DNA from: Octopus vulgaris
Taxonomy: Eukaryota
DNA: 64,000 nucleotides
Direction of reading: 5' to 3'
NCBI GenBank assembly: GCA_951406725.2
Contig: OX597816.1
Coordinates: 137,578,001 to 137,642,000 of the forward strand
Below are positions 30,955 to 48,411 of this stretch, piece by piece; the first letter of the stretch is position 1; each line of letters begins with the position of its first letter. Position numbers and translations under genes: made by a program. Below the pieces are notes generated by a model. It was given only the letters and a program-made list of their open reading frames with translations. It searched no databases and had not been told where the DNA came from.

Positions 30955-31591
30955 GAATTAACTCCTACATATAAGTGTCAGAGAGATGTCCAGGTATATA
31001 GAAAAGATAACACAGCAAATGTGCGGTGTTATCCATACTCGGTTGTAACTAAGTAAAACATTTGCAAATAAGAAATAGGAAAGCTTTATCGCCATAAATA
31101 TTGCTGGTTAGTTACTGACACAGAGATGCATAACCTTAAACATTAAACTGATCTGTTCTTTTGATAGACGATACACTGGGACAAATAGGTTGAAACTTCT
31201 CTCAGCATTCTTCAACTGTTCAGATATATTAGTTTTAATGACATTGATGTAAACCAGTCCATGTGCGAAGTCGTTAATCAAGCTAAGATCAAAACTGATC
31301 TAGTAAGGTTCGCTACGATAACAGTCCTAGTCTGTCTTTATGTAGAAGTCAGTCTGATATGTTCTTAAGATAAACGACTGTTGGTGACGAGGCCAAGCAG
31401 ACAGACGTACATGCATGCAGACGTACATATAGACAGACATACTAACAGAAAGATTAACTAAGTGGCTGACTGGTAGACACACAGATACAGACAAAATTTG
31501 CAAAGTCAACTTCCACTGTTCCTTGCTACACATTTATGCTGTTAGATTTTGTAGTAACATTTACAAGGCTATAGAAACACACATAGACACT

Positions 31592-31692
<101 letters not shown>

Positions 31693-31706
31693 ACGTACGC
31701 GCACGC

Positions 31707-31739
<33 letters not shown>

Positions 31740-32559
31740 CAGACATGTATAGGTGTGCATGTATGTACATAGATCTGTGTAAGCATTTGTGTCTAGGTAT
31801 GTATATATATATATGTGTGTGTGTGTGTATGCGTGTATGCGTTTGTGTTTGCATGTATATATGTGCGATTGTAATCCATTTCTGTGTATCAGTAACACCT
31901 AAAATTACTACATGATGGCAGTAACAGTTTTGTTTGATATTACATTTACTCTTGTAATAGTTTACTTGGTTTACTTAGTGTAAGCTCTCAGGTGACTTTT
32001 ACTACCGCGCTTCTAGCAACTAAGCGTCCCCTTCTGTACCACCAGTCTGACTAACCACCTTTCTGCTCCCTCAATGGGACATACGTCGGAGACGTCTTTG
32101 TGATCTACGGGATTTGTTATGGCAATGGATGTCTGTTTAGACACACACGTGGTGTGTGTGTATGTGAGTGAATGAATGGCTGAGTGTCTATATGTGTTTG
32201 TATATTGCTGGTAGCCTCCCTGCTCACTGCGTGTCTATACTGCTATGCAAATTCGATAGCAAGCCAAGTGTTGATGCTAGTGCTTATGGGTCTAACCGTG
32301 ATCCTAGTGTTTTGGCGACCAATATACAATGAAATAAGTCTTGACCTCAATCTCAAAACAGAAGCACATGCTAACTCATGCTTTGTCCGGGTTGATACAG
32401 CACACACTTGTGCCACACATGGGTCGTGGCTTTCACCACCTCTTATTTTTAGAGAATATGGCACCTTCTCCGTTTTTTAATAAATAGAGTCGTCTTCCTC
32501 ATCGCCCTTTCCTGGATAAATTCGACGGGCGAGCGGGTACTGCCTTTTGTAATATACTC

Positions 32560-32958
32560 TTTCTCTCTTTCTCTTTTACTTGTTTCAGTCATTTGACTGC
32601 GGCCATGCCGGAGTACCGCCTTTAGTCGAATAAGCCGGGACTTATTCTTTGTAAGCCCAGTACTTATTCTATCGGTCTCTTTTGCCGAACCGCTAAGTGA
32701 CGGGGACATAAACACACCAGCATCGGTTGTCAAGCAATGTTAGGGGGACAAACACAGACACACAAACACACACACACATACATATATATATATACATATA
32801 TACGACAGGCTTCTTTCAGTTTCCATCTACCAAATCCACTCACAAGGCTTTGGTCGGCCCGGAGCTATAGCAAAAGACACTTGCCCAAGATGCCACGCAG
32901 TGGGATTGAACCCGGAACCATGTGGTTGGTTAGCAAGCTACTTACCACACAGCCACTC
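32560..32958 (-). mobile_element. SINE family A, near full length and little diverged
   Basis: Near-identical to 11140-11556. Confidence 0.9.
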
Positions 32959-33339
32959 CATACCTTGCTCACTCCTTTTACGACAGAAAATGAGCCGTAA
33001 CTGTTAACCCACAATGAAAGGAAGTTGTTCTCATTGGGTATTTCTTTGTAAAAGTAAAGGTTATGACGTTATGAACGTATTCGTTTATACAATTTGCTTG
33101 ATTTATAAATATTCCTTTGAAAATGATTTTGAGTTTTTTTTTCTTACATTACTCCAACAATCACTGTAGCGTGCTCATCTCCCTGATAGGCATGCAGGAA
33201 ATTGGGTATTTTTCGAAAATGTCTAAACAGGTTAAAAGTTTTAAACCATACTTTTTTATTTACACAAGGTTAATGGTATTGAAGATCAAATGTTCTGAAG
33301 TGATTTTGTGCTAAAAAGAAAAGAAAAGAAAAGAAAACC

Positions 33340-33956
<617 letters not shown>

Positions 33957-34729
33957 GTCGCCATCACCACTACCATCACCACCACCACCACCACTAGCAA
34001 CAACGACAACAGCAGCAATACAGTCTTCAGCCACCAGTGCAGCACCACCAGCAGCAACGACAGCAACAGCAGACACAAAACCGACGTCAACATCAGCCGG
34101 AAACCACAATCAGCAGTAACAGCACCAGCAGATGCAGTCCCACCAAGTGTAACACCAAGCAGGGGCCCTCAAGATATTCCCCTTCCGACTAGGACAACTC
34201 AGACCTTTAAAGCACTGAGGTCGTGAAGGAAGAATAGCATGCTGTCCCCAGTAAAAGGCGAAGAAAGAAAACGGTAGAACCACTAAAAGAAATAAAAGGG
34301 GGAGGCGCAAAGAAGCTGAACTTCCCAACAGCACCAACACACAAACACAACCGCCAACAACAACCAACACCAATTCAACAGTACTATAGCCTCATCCACA
34401 AACAGCCAAGAACACAAATCCCAACACCAACGGATTCCCCAAACATTACAAACCTGACATCCATAAACACAAATAACATCGAACTCATGAACCATTTAAG
34501 AGATCACACAGACACCACAATAAAAGGTTTTGTTTTCCCGAAACACAACACACGATCACCGCATATACAAAATTTTAAAAAATCACAACGCACATACAGC
34601 ACAATAAAATCAAATTACCCCGAAGCTGTTGGGCAGTTTCAAAATTTGCTCGTGGAAGTATCCATCCAAGAACAAAGAGTCAATTCCACCAAGAAACAAC
34701 GATAAGTAGAACTCTCTTCCATTATTACT

Positions 34730-35640
34730 TTTTCAGCATAGCCGTACTTACAGTGGGTTGTTTGGACGCCCGTGGCCTCGGGTCGCCTTGGAAAGAAGGT
34801 CACCTAAACGACCTGAGCTCACATGGTGTAGATGTAGTAGCCATTAGCGAAACCAGACTTTCCTACCCGCAGGCCTTCATTAAATATTAATTAGTAGGAG
34901 ATTGGAACGCTGTCTTAGATGGACGTTTGCCCTATATGGGGCTATCTGGTAGAGAGGAGGGTGCAAAAGTCTCACAAACCTGCTCAGACATTTTCAATTG
35001 TTTGACAGATACCGATTTGATTACTCGAATGTGCCAATGTGGACTTAGACAAACCGCATCGAGTCATCTAGATTCTATCTAGATAGAGTTTTCTGTAGAC
35101 CAACGGATAAGGATAGCATAGGTTGTCCACACTTTCACATGGGCGGCTACACAGACCACAAATTTGTGATCTTTATGGTCGACTTAGATAGGCTTCATAG
35201 ACAGGGCCCCGGTTACTGGAAGCTAAACGCATAATGCCGAGCTTATGGAAACTGGATTAGAGTACTAGTTAAGTGGGTGTTGACAGGGGCAATCATCAAC
35301 AACAACTGGTGGTTTGCTCTTAAAAGAGCAATTAGAGTAGAATCTATCAGGTTTAGTAAGGCCTTAGTGATAGAAAGAAATAAAATGGAGGGAGACTTGG
35401 AAAGTTAGATGAGGTACACAGAAAAGACATCGCAACTGACGTTTTTGGCGGCGAGATTGGCCCTTGACCAATACTTCGACGCCAAACACGAAGGTTGTGT
35501 TGTCAGAGCTAAGGATCGTACCCTAAGCAGAGCAGGGGAACGAAAGCCGCTCGATTGGCCCGAGTGGCGGAGGCAAAATGTGGCAACAGATCCACCATTC
35601 GGTCTTTGACGGACCAAAATGGGCGGTCTCACAGCATCTA
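34730..35640 (+). mobile_element. Decayed L1/Tx1-type LINE ORF2 (AP endonuclease and downstream region)
   Basis: VGCLDARGL...DVVAISETRL, LVGDWNAVLD, WT...YLDRVF, TDHKFV, GPGYWKLN; a related fragment lies at 56235-56305. Confidence 0.8.
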
Positions 35641-35683
35641 CCAGAGCAAACAAGACTGAACGCTCTGAGACGGAAAACGAAAA

Positions 35684-35836
<153 letters not shown>

Positions 35837-36149
35837 GTCATTTTTTTGATTTATGGTTTTCTTCGATTTTATAATAAGATGATTTTATACCGAAATTTGT
35901 TCCTTGCATGCAACCGGTCATTGTAAAGACCGTTAGTTGAAAGGACCAATGAAACAAAACCATTTTAAAATGTGTATTTATTAAACTAATTGTATATGTT
36001 TGCTTATAACCTTATTTTTGTTCCATTCTAAGCAAAACTTTCGACGAACGGGGACGTGAAATTCTGAGTAACAGCTTTGTGATATTTTTGCTTCTTTTTA
36101 ATAAAGTATATATATATATATAAACATATATATATATGTATGTATGTAT

Positions 36150-36515
36150 GTCAGGTCACTTTCGAGTGCCACTGGTATCATGTAACCCATTACAATCTGT
36201 TGCATGGTCGGGTCGTCGGCGACTAAATCGGCAACCCCACCAAGCTTGCTTGGTGAGGAGGATGTTTATTGGACACCCTGCGGGATGAAAAACAAAACCC
36301 GTCAAAGGGCGGAGGAACTCTTAAGAGTCAACGGCCATCCAATAAATGTCTTAAGGATGTATCATGCACGGGGACATAGAAATAATCGGACTGAATACCC
36401 GATCGCGCAGTTAAACCATTGGGAGTGAAGGACTCCTAGCCTTTGTTAGGGCATCCTTCTAGGAGAAGGTAACTCAGGTAACTGGGATAACTCCGATATA
36501 AAACCTGCGGCTCAC
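36150..36515 (+). mobile_element. Probable 5' UTR fragment of an RTE-type LINE
   Basis: GC-richer segment after a microsatellite with the motifs ggcgactaaa..ggcaacc and ggcatcc..ctaggagaaggtaactc, which I recall from RTE 5' ends; no ORF. Confidence 0.45.
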
Positions 36516-36744
36516 TGGTTACCGATGATGTTGACTTGTTCTTCTTTTCGGATTATGGCTGCTGTTGCTTAGTGAGTGAGATTGACTCAGTGCACAACCT
36601 CTCCTCACTTTAAAAAAAATCTTCTTGCACAGGCATTGCACGATAACAACATTGATTAAGTTTCGTGCAATGGCTATACTCGATAACGAGGGGGCAGCCA
36701 CCATGTATGTATAGAAGGATGTAGCTAGCTAGCTAGATAGATAT

Positions 36745-36965
36745 ATACAGTCACATGGCCGAATATTAAATGAGGTATGAGTGAGGAGGCAGAATTTAGC
36801 TGTTGGATGGATAGATTATAAGACGGCCTTCGACAATGTCCCACATAGCTGAAGTCAATGAAAAAAATAAGCGGCATTTTGGTGGAAACAATGAGTGTGA
36901 GAAGTACAGCAAATGAAACGCTAGGTAACGTGAAAATACTCAGGGGCATATTCCAGGGAAACTAG
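36745..36965 (+). mobile_element. R4/Dong-type RT fragment
   Basis: NLAVGWIDYKTAFDNVPH...VKILRGIFQG. Confidence 0.75.
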
Positions 36966-36990
36966 CTCTCTCTCTGTTTCTCTGCCTGTC

Positions 36991-37087
<97 letters not shown>

Positions 37088-37508
37088 ATATATATGTACT
37101 ATAGCAGATAAACAGTTCCTCTTGATTTCTTCTTATAGCCTCTTTGTTCCTCTGGCAATAGATTCTTCTTTTCCAGAAAATAATATACTTTATCCGCTAT
37201 GAGACCAGTTAAAAGTTACCAGAGTATCTTTTAACGGATATAACTTTTAATGTATTGATTGATTAATATTTTACAAATAATAATTATTATTTACTCTGCG
37301 TAGTTAGGTTCTGTCCTTTTTTTGATTTATGGTTTTCTTCGATTTTATAAGATGATTTTATACCGAAATTTGTTCATTGCATGCAACCGGTCATTGTAAA
37401 AACCGTTAGCTGATAGAACCAATGAAATAAAACCATTTTCAAATGTGTATCTATTAAAATAATTGTGTATATACATGTATACACATACATAGGCATATAC
37501 ACATATAC

Positions 37509-37577
<69 letters not shown>

Positions 37578-37680
37578 CATATATACATATATAAATGCAT
37601 ACACACATATATACATATATATATACATGTACACACATATATACACATACATATACACATATATATACATACATCCATGT

Positions 37681-37722
<42 letters not shown>

Positions 37723-37799
37723 AGGAGAGAGAGATACGTACATACATACATATAAATATATACACACATACACACCACACACACACACATATATATATG

Positions 37800-38215
37800 T
37801 GATAAGAAAGTAATAGGTCTATAATTGTTGACTCCTCGGTTTTCTTTGTCCCTATGAATCCACATTGTCCTTCCTTTTGTTATCCATGTTGGTGTTCCAT
37901 TTCCTATGTAGGAAGTCAAAGTTTGTCATAAAGCGATGTGTATACTTGGGAGGATTTTGAGCCAGAAGCCCTGGACAGCATTTGGTCTGGGTGTTACTTC
38001 TTTTACTTTCTTCTCCGTGTTTGTTATATTTTTCCGTGTCACTCCAGCTTCCATTTTTCTTTGAAATTCCCGCAACCAGTCTGCTTTTATATTACGTTGA
38101 ACTTCTTTGCTTCATATTTTTGCGCAGAATTTTCTTGCTACTTCAGCATCTGACATCATTTCCCTGGTGTTCCTCTTCATTGTTCAGTTGTTTATAGAAT
38201 TTTCTTTCACTGTTC
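37800..38215 (-). mobile_element. R4/Dong-type RT N-terminal fragment
   Basis: Minus strand [16 protein letters not shown]...NNYRPIT, plus a GFWLK motif. Confidence 0.8.
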
Positions 38216-38224
38216 TTGAAAAGT

Positions 38225-39695
<1,471 letters not shown>

Positions 39696-39839
39696 AACCA
39701 CCACCGTCATCCACCACCACCACCACCACCACCACATAAACCACCACCACCACCACCTCCATCGCCATCACCATTATCGATATCACCATCATCATTATCA
39801 TCGTTGCTGTTGGTATTACTATATGAATGAGAAAGAATT

Positions 39840-41933
<2,094 letters not shown>

Positions 41934-42397
41934 TCGAAGAAATGAGGTACTCAGAAAATCGGATGGTTTATATTTACAGATATTTATTTGTATATTACAT
42001 TTTTTATACATCATATAACTTAGATCATGTATTAGCGCTTTCTCGCATTCTAGTGGGGTTTTCAAATCAAACTAAGTTCCTGTGTGAAAAGTTTATATAT
42101 ATATAAGTGGCCTTAACTCATGACTAGAAACTTTTAATCACAGGCCAGTTGGATAATAGCTTACTTGGGGCTAAACAACTACGCCTGTATTTAGTATACA
42201 TATATACTCTATATTTTACCCCAGATATACTATATATGATATATTTAAAGATCCATTCGTCAACCCCGAGGGAATATGGCTTGTTAATATGTACCATGTT
42301 CGCTAATTATTTTAGGTGCCTTTCTAGTAGCGAGCAGACATAGTCACCCTCTTGACCCTCGCGACCTTTAAACTGGTAGTACAATCAGGATGGTGTG

Positions 42398-42560
42398 AAG
42401 GCGCATGTCTCAGTGGTTAGAACGCCGGGCTCACAATCAGTGAGCTAGATTCCAGGATTGGGCAGTGCGTTGTGTTCTTGAGCAAGACACTTTATTTCAC
42501 GATGCTCCAGTTTACTCAGCTGTAGAAATGAGTTGCGGCGTCACTGGTGCCACGCTGTAT
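42398..42560 (+). mobile_element. SINE family C, 5' part
   Basis: ggcgcatg.ctcagtggttagaacgccgggctcacaatc...gttcttgagcaagacactttatttcacg. Confidence 0.8.
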
Positions 42561-42699
42561 CCAAAAATGATTAATGATGAAGCAAAGTAACACCAAATAT
42601 ATAGTGTGTGTGTTTTTATAGGCTAAACTGGCAAAATGACCATTCCTAAATACAACAATATCTGTTTCAACACACGATTTCACATAAAAAATCTTGCAA

Positions 42700-42746
<47 letters not shown>

Positions 42747-42748
<2 letters not shown>

Positions 42749-43096
42749 CGAAAAGAATCGTAAATGTGTATCAGTGAAGATTTGTGGTTATAGTCGCTTT
42801 TTAGCGTACTGGTGCTGCTTGTAGCCCCCTTAAATATTGATTATTAATTTTTTACCTTACAGTATTTTTTTACGCATGCTTGCAACTTGATCATGTTGTA
42901 AGCAATAATATCTTTATATATATATATATATAACGAAAAGAATCGTAAATGTGTATCAGTGAAGATTTGTGGTTATAGTCGCTTTTTAGCGTACTGGTGC
43001 TGCTTGTAGCCCCCTTAAATATTGATTATTAATTTTTTACCTTACAGTATTTTTTTACGCATGCTTGCAACTTGATCATGTTGTAAGCAATAATAT

Positions 43097-43100
<4 letters not shown>
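42747..43100. repeat. Tandem duplication of a 169-bp unit separated by (TA)n
   Basis: 42747-42915 reads identical to 42932-43100. Confidence 0.9.
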
Positions 43101-43166
<66 letters not shown>

Positions 43167-43274
43167 CGGGAAGCTTTATGAAAATAAACAAAAGACGAAG
43201 GCAGGTGGAATACAAACAAACAATTGTATTAGTATAGCGCTCGAGGAATATAAATAAAACAAGTCTTTTACGAT

Positions 43275-43625
43275 ACAGCACATCCCCAAAATTTGACGTC
43301 ATATCATCACCTAATAACTTGAACAATTTTCATCCAAATTGTCTCAAATTTTCCAGTATGTCTAGAATTCGATACATTTTTAAAATATGATCTTTTGTAT
43401 GCTCTTCTTTTCAGGATTAGATTTTTGTGAAGATATGGGAAAGACACTTGAAGATGACAACTTTGAAAACCGTCTTGTTTTTACAGCGAAGAGGCTACAT
43501 TCCGTACGAATGGCAAAGTGAATAAGCAAAATGTTCGCATTTTGGGCGAAGAAAATACACATGGCACAACTGAACACGAAAGGGACTCACCAAAAGTGAA
43601 TGTGTTTTGCGCCATCTCAAAGACC
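43275..43625 (+). mobile_element. Decayed DD41D-type Tc1/mariner fragment
   Basis: Frameshifted RLVF.SEEATF..NGKVNKQNVRILGEEN...SPKVNVFCAIS. Confidence 0.7.
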
Positions 43626-44104
43626 CGGGGTAACTCTGGAACATTATAAAATTATCATCTCACAGAATTTTTCGTTGGAAATCTATATAATAAAACTTGT
43701 TATGTTCAAAATTAAGCCTATTAATTTTCATTTCTCTTGACCATGAAGTCACTCCGATATGGATATCTCAAATGAAGGCAAATCTTTTGGGACACTATAC
43801 ACACACACACACATGCATAAATACCTTTCTTTCTTTCTCTCTATCTATATATGAACTGCTGGCAGATGTAGGTGTCCACAGCTATTCACATGTTTCTACA
43901 AAAAAAAAGAAGAAAAAAGTGGTTCTTCTTTAAAGGCGTGCCTGTCCTGGAGATTCCTTGATTCTTTAGACTATCTCCCTTTCTTTTTCGAAGTCGGTTA
44001 TAGTTACCATTAAATGTTTGTTTACTTGAAATAAAATTTCTATAAATCAAGAATACATTTTGTATGATATTTAATGCACTCTAATCCCCTATTTGGTGTC
44101 CAGA

Positions 44105-44590
44105 TATCCATGGATTGGGCAAAATATTCGGAGCACCACTTTTTATTCATTTTTTTCCTATAAGCAATATAACAAATTCAAAACTGCTTTAGTTTGTATA
44201 TAAGTGTTCATATACATTATGTTCAGCTTGTGCTTCCTTGCAGTCCTCTGATACTTTTTTGCAGATACATTTAAATAAGTTAAAATGCGTGACCTATCTG
44301 TTTTCCAAAGACGACAAACTGCTGAAGTGCAGATAGCTGGAGTTTTAGTCACTAAAACTGCTAACTTGTTTAATGTTTCGAAATTATGTTTAAAATTATG
44401 TTGCCATTCAAAATCCAAAGTGAGACAAGCTATGACAAGCATAACTCTGGACGGTAGAGAGGGACTGCAGAATAGTGCAACGTATTGTATCTAAATACAA
44501 TCGAACTACGCCAACAGAAATGACAGCAGAGCCAAACCATCACCTTACCAACCAAAATTGTTCGTCGCGAGCTCCATAAACCGGACACCA
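44105..44590 (+). mobile_element. Decayed Tc1-type transposon 5' part
   Basis: MRDLSVFQRRQ...AGVLVTKTANLFNVS is a Tc1-type paired-like HTH; TIR-like gggcaaaatattcggagcacc lies upstream. Confidence 0.6.
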
Positions 44591-44599
44591 TAGTGGAGA

Positions 44600-45560
44600 A
44601 CTACAAACCTCTCCTGTTTCCCATTAGTATTGACAGAAGCGTTCCATTTACCGTTATTTCTTCAAGCAAACGGCCGATAGGAGCCTGTTTGTGCACTATG
44701 AATCAGCCCCGCAAACCAGAGCCAAAGTCGCCCACGTACAAAATGAATCGCATGTATAAGCGACAAATGCATCGACGCAGCTGACATAGATGCCAACACC
44801 AAACGGTTCCATAGGATCCTACTAACACACGGTTAGTAATATCCACCATCTTTCGACAAACGACAGCATATAGACAACGTTGACGGTTAATTAAATTCGT
44901 AAGAAGGCCCACTCACCTAAGTTACCTCGGACTACTCTAGTTCGTTGACAAAATCAGTGCTGAAATCCATTATGCGATCCTCCACAACGGCAAAATAAAC
45001 ATACAGAATGTACCCTCCGGTTCATTCTTGAGGAAGTTTCGGTTCAGAAAACTTACCTCAAGCAGTATCGTTAGGTACACACTATCTAATTGCATCACCA
45101 ACAACTAAAATGTATACTCGAAGCCCTACGAAGTATGAGAAAAACTGAAAATTCGAATCAAGGAACGCATGTAGACAAGCTCTTCAGTCCAGAAACACCT
45201 GCAAAAGTGCCAGAACCAGGACTTCACGGTATCCATCACAGCCACTGAACGTAACACAATCAGCCTTTGGATTAGACAGGCCACCATCTTTAACAAGCTG
45301 AATTCAGCTGTAAACAATACGTAAAGAGTTACAGGGAACAGACTGGTTATTACAGCAACGCCAGTTTGTGCGTGTTCTTATCCTCTCTCTTATATCTGAG
45401 TAACCTCTTATTCTATCTCTCATTTTTCCACGTGTCCTGGTGAAGGAATCATAACACCGAAATGTCCAAGTGCATGGTAAAACTTCTACTATTGATTTGT
45501 CTTCACTTTTGCAGTTCACTATGTATTTCATTTGTTTCGGCCTTATCAAGTTTTTGTCAT
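44600..45560 (+). mobile_element. Decayed Penelope/Poseidon-type PLE 3' fragment (GIY-YIG C-terminal part)
   Basis: RKLKIRIKE...SSVQKHLQKC...TVSITATE...LWIRQA..NKLNSAVN; HHR-like relic CTGGTGA..GAAAtgTC at 45437-45466. Confidence 0.6.
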
Positions 45561-45677
45561 ATATATAAATATGAGAGAGCAAAGTGTACGTACGCCGCTA
45601 TATATATATATATATTTATTGGAAGGTTTGGAGATGATGTACAGGTATCATATATTAGAAGAATATATATATATATA

Positions 45678-45758
<81 letters not shown>

Positions 45759-45800
45759 AGTTTATGAAAGAATGGAGTTGAATGACTTGTTAACAAATTT

Positions 45801-45890
45801 CCTTTATTTTCGACATATGTTTCGAAGGCTGCATATTCCTAATTCCGAAGGAATAAGGAGTACATTATGCAGATTTCTCATCAGGAAAGG
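45801..45890 (-). ncRNA. Type I hammerhead ribozyme with long stem II
   Basis: tttc-CTGATGA-[54-nt hairpin: gaa/ttc, ctgcata/tatgcag, attcc/ggaat]-GAAA-catatg-TC-gaaa; canonical core, GUC site, palindromic stem III. Confidence 0.8.
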
Positions 45891-47131
45891 CAAGGAACTT
45901 ATGTCGACATCAAAATGCACAAAACACTTTTAGCTGACTGCTCTCAAGGAGCCCATGGCGATAATGAGTGTCTGTTTATAAGGAGTGACGTCAGAGTGGC
46001 TGAATGTAGAAGAATCTAGAAGGATCTAAAGGTTCAGGGGTTCAAACGATGTAGGGGGAGGGAGGCATAAGAATAGTAAGGTGAGAGGGTGCAGGTCAAA
46101 AGAATGGTGGGTTTAATTGATTTCTTTTATGAATGAGTGCCTGTGTGTGTGACTGTATATAACTGTCATAATGTGTGTATGTGTGTGTGTGAATGCGTGA
46201 TTGTGTTTGTGGATGGGTAGCCTCCCACAATAATAAGCTGCTAAATAAGGTCTCATCACCCATGAGTAGCGACACCGCCCTTACCTATTCCAACGTAACA
46301 TACAATAATCATAATAATAGAAGTAGTATGGATATTAGCAACATTCATAGCAGCATTGGTGTTAGCAATAGTAATAATGATAATAACATTAACCAGATTA
46401 TTAACAGTGGTGGTGTTAGTGGTAATAGTAACAGCATTCTTAGTAACAGTTATATTATTGATGATAACAATCGCAGCATTCCTATAGCCAGGGAATTTGC
46501 CGACGATATTACAACTAATAGTAATGATAATAAGATGAATAGTATCATGGCCAAAGCCAGCAACAATTTTTACACCTATCACAACAATAAAAACTCTGTC
46601 TTAGTATCGGAAACCAACCCCAACAAATCCCAAAATTCCAAAATTAGAAACACCACTTACCAATGCAAAATTACTTCTGGAACCGATGTCTACTTCTACA
46701 TTGGCGCAAATCTTCTAAATTAGCCCAAAGGATCTCCAACCATTATTCTACTTTCAGAGATAAGAGAAAGCAACACAGTACGGGGCTAAGCAAATGAGTC
46801 TGGCGTCTGAAGAACAATAATACTACTTTCAAGCTGGAATGGTTCATTTTGTCGGTGTCCTTCCCGTTTGATAAGGGCAGAAAATTTTGTGGCATCTGTA
46901 ATTCCGAACTTTTTCATATTTTGTTCACCTAAGTCCCTTTAATAAATACAATCGTCGAAAGGTCCTACAGGTGTTTACACTGGAAACGACACACCGTTCA
47001 CTCATATGAATAGTGACTAATATAGATAACCCCTGATTTCCAATAAACAGACACTCATTATTGCCATGGGCTCCTTGAGAGCAGTCAGCTAAAAGTGTTT
47101 TGTGCATTTTGATGTCGACATAAGTTCCTTG

Positions 47132-47221
47132 CCTTTTCTGATGAGAAATCTGCATAATGTACTCCTTATTCCTTCGGAATTAGGAATATGCAGCCTTCGA
47201 AATATATGTCGAAAATAAAGG
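47132..47221 (+). ncRNA. Type I hammerhead ribozyme (second pLTR copy)
   Basis: Same motif; stem III is ATATATGT here. Confidence 0.75.
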
Positions 47222-47419
47222 AAATTTGTTAACAAGTCGTTCAACTCCATTCTTTCATAAACTTATATTTTTAAAATAAACATACAAATTTCCGCACGAA
47301 AGCACGTAGTCTATGCCCTAGGGAAGTAACTTCAACCGTGTTCTTTCTGATGTGAATTTGCTACCCAGGTATCGGTTATCTTTCGAATTATCCTTAATAA
47401 GATAATTCATTAATCTACT

Positions 47420-47484
<65 letters not shown>

Positions 47485-47834
47485 ATGTATGTATGTATGT
47501 ATGTATGTATATATATTATTTAATACAGTTTCATTCGGCCTCCTGCAACGTAAAGGGTTTTAGTCCAACGAATCGACTCCTATACTTATTTTCTAAAGCC
47601 TGGTACTTATTCATCATTTTTCTTTTGTTAAAACGCTAAGTTGAGACGTTTCGCCAAAAAAGACAGTAGAAGGTGGTACCAAAGATGAATAAAAGAGATG
47701 GCTAGCTGTTCGGAATGACGTAGATTATAGGCACTATATACGGAAAGACGGATGCAGCTGTGAAGTTGAGGCGGTTTGTTATATTTGTCATGTCGCAGTT
47801 TAATTGGCGCAGTCAGTTTTAGAGGGGACAGTTT

Positions 47835-47886
47835 AACAAGAGGAGCGTCTATACACCCAGAGGGGTGTATAGACGCTCCTCTTGTT
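47835..47886. repeat. Perfect 24-bp hairpin with 4-nt loop
   Basis: aacaagaggagcgtctatacaccc-agag-gggtgtatagacgctcctcttgtt. Confidence 0.95.
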
Positions 47887-47923
47887 TATCCTGTCTGTCT
47901 ATCGGAATGTATGCAGGCACAAG

Positions 47924-48007
<84 letters not shown>

Positions 48008-48131
48008 GTCTATCTGTCTGTCTGTTTGTCTCTCTGTCTATATATACATACACACATACATATTTATAAATATAAATATATATATACATATATATATAAA
48101 AATATAAGTAAATATATATATAAATATATAT

Positions 48132-48212
<81 letters not shown>

Positions 48213-48330
48213 AAATGTGTGACATCCTTGGTATAATTGGGTATATTTGAAAAAATAAAAAAATTGCTTCACTGGTAGTTCTAATCAATGTAATTTATTA
48301 TTAAAAAGTTTTTTTTAATAATATAATTTG

Positions 48331-48411
<81 letters not shown>

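Larger units (their letters stand above)
45753..47269 (+). mobile_element. 5'-truncated PLE (Nematis-like GIY-YIG) with inverted pLTR copies
   Basis: YQCKI...YFYIG / RISNHYSTFR...STGLSK*VWRLK...EWFIL...FCGICNSE; 227-bp arms at 45753-45979 and 47043-47269 with about 4 mismatches. Confidence 0.85.

Noticed and set aside
32184-32480. 98-aa ORF with two hydrophobic segments
   Set aside because: Starts at GTG, has no recognisable homology and lies beside a possible PLE RT relic; unsupported as a gene.
46790-46800. In-frame TGA in the PLE endonuclease as possible selenocysteine
   Set aside because: It falls in LSK*VW, which is not a Cys position; the copy is also frameshifted and I see no SECIS element.
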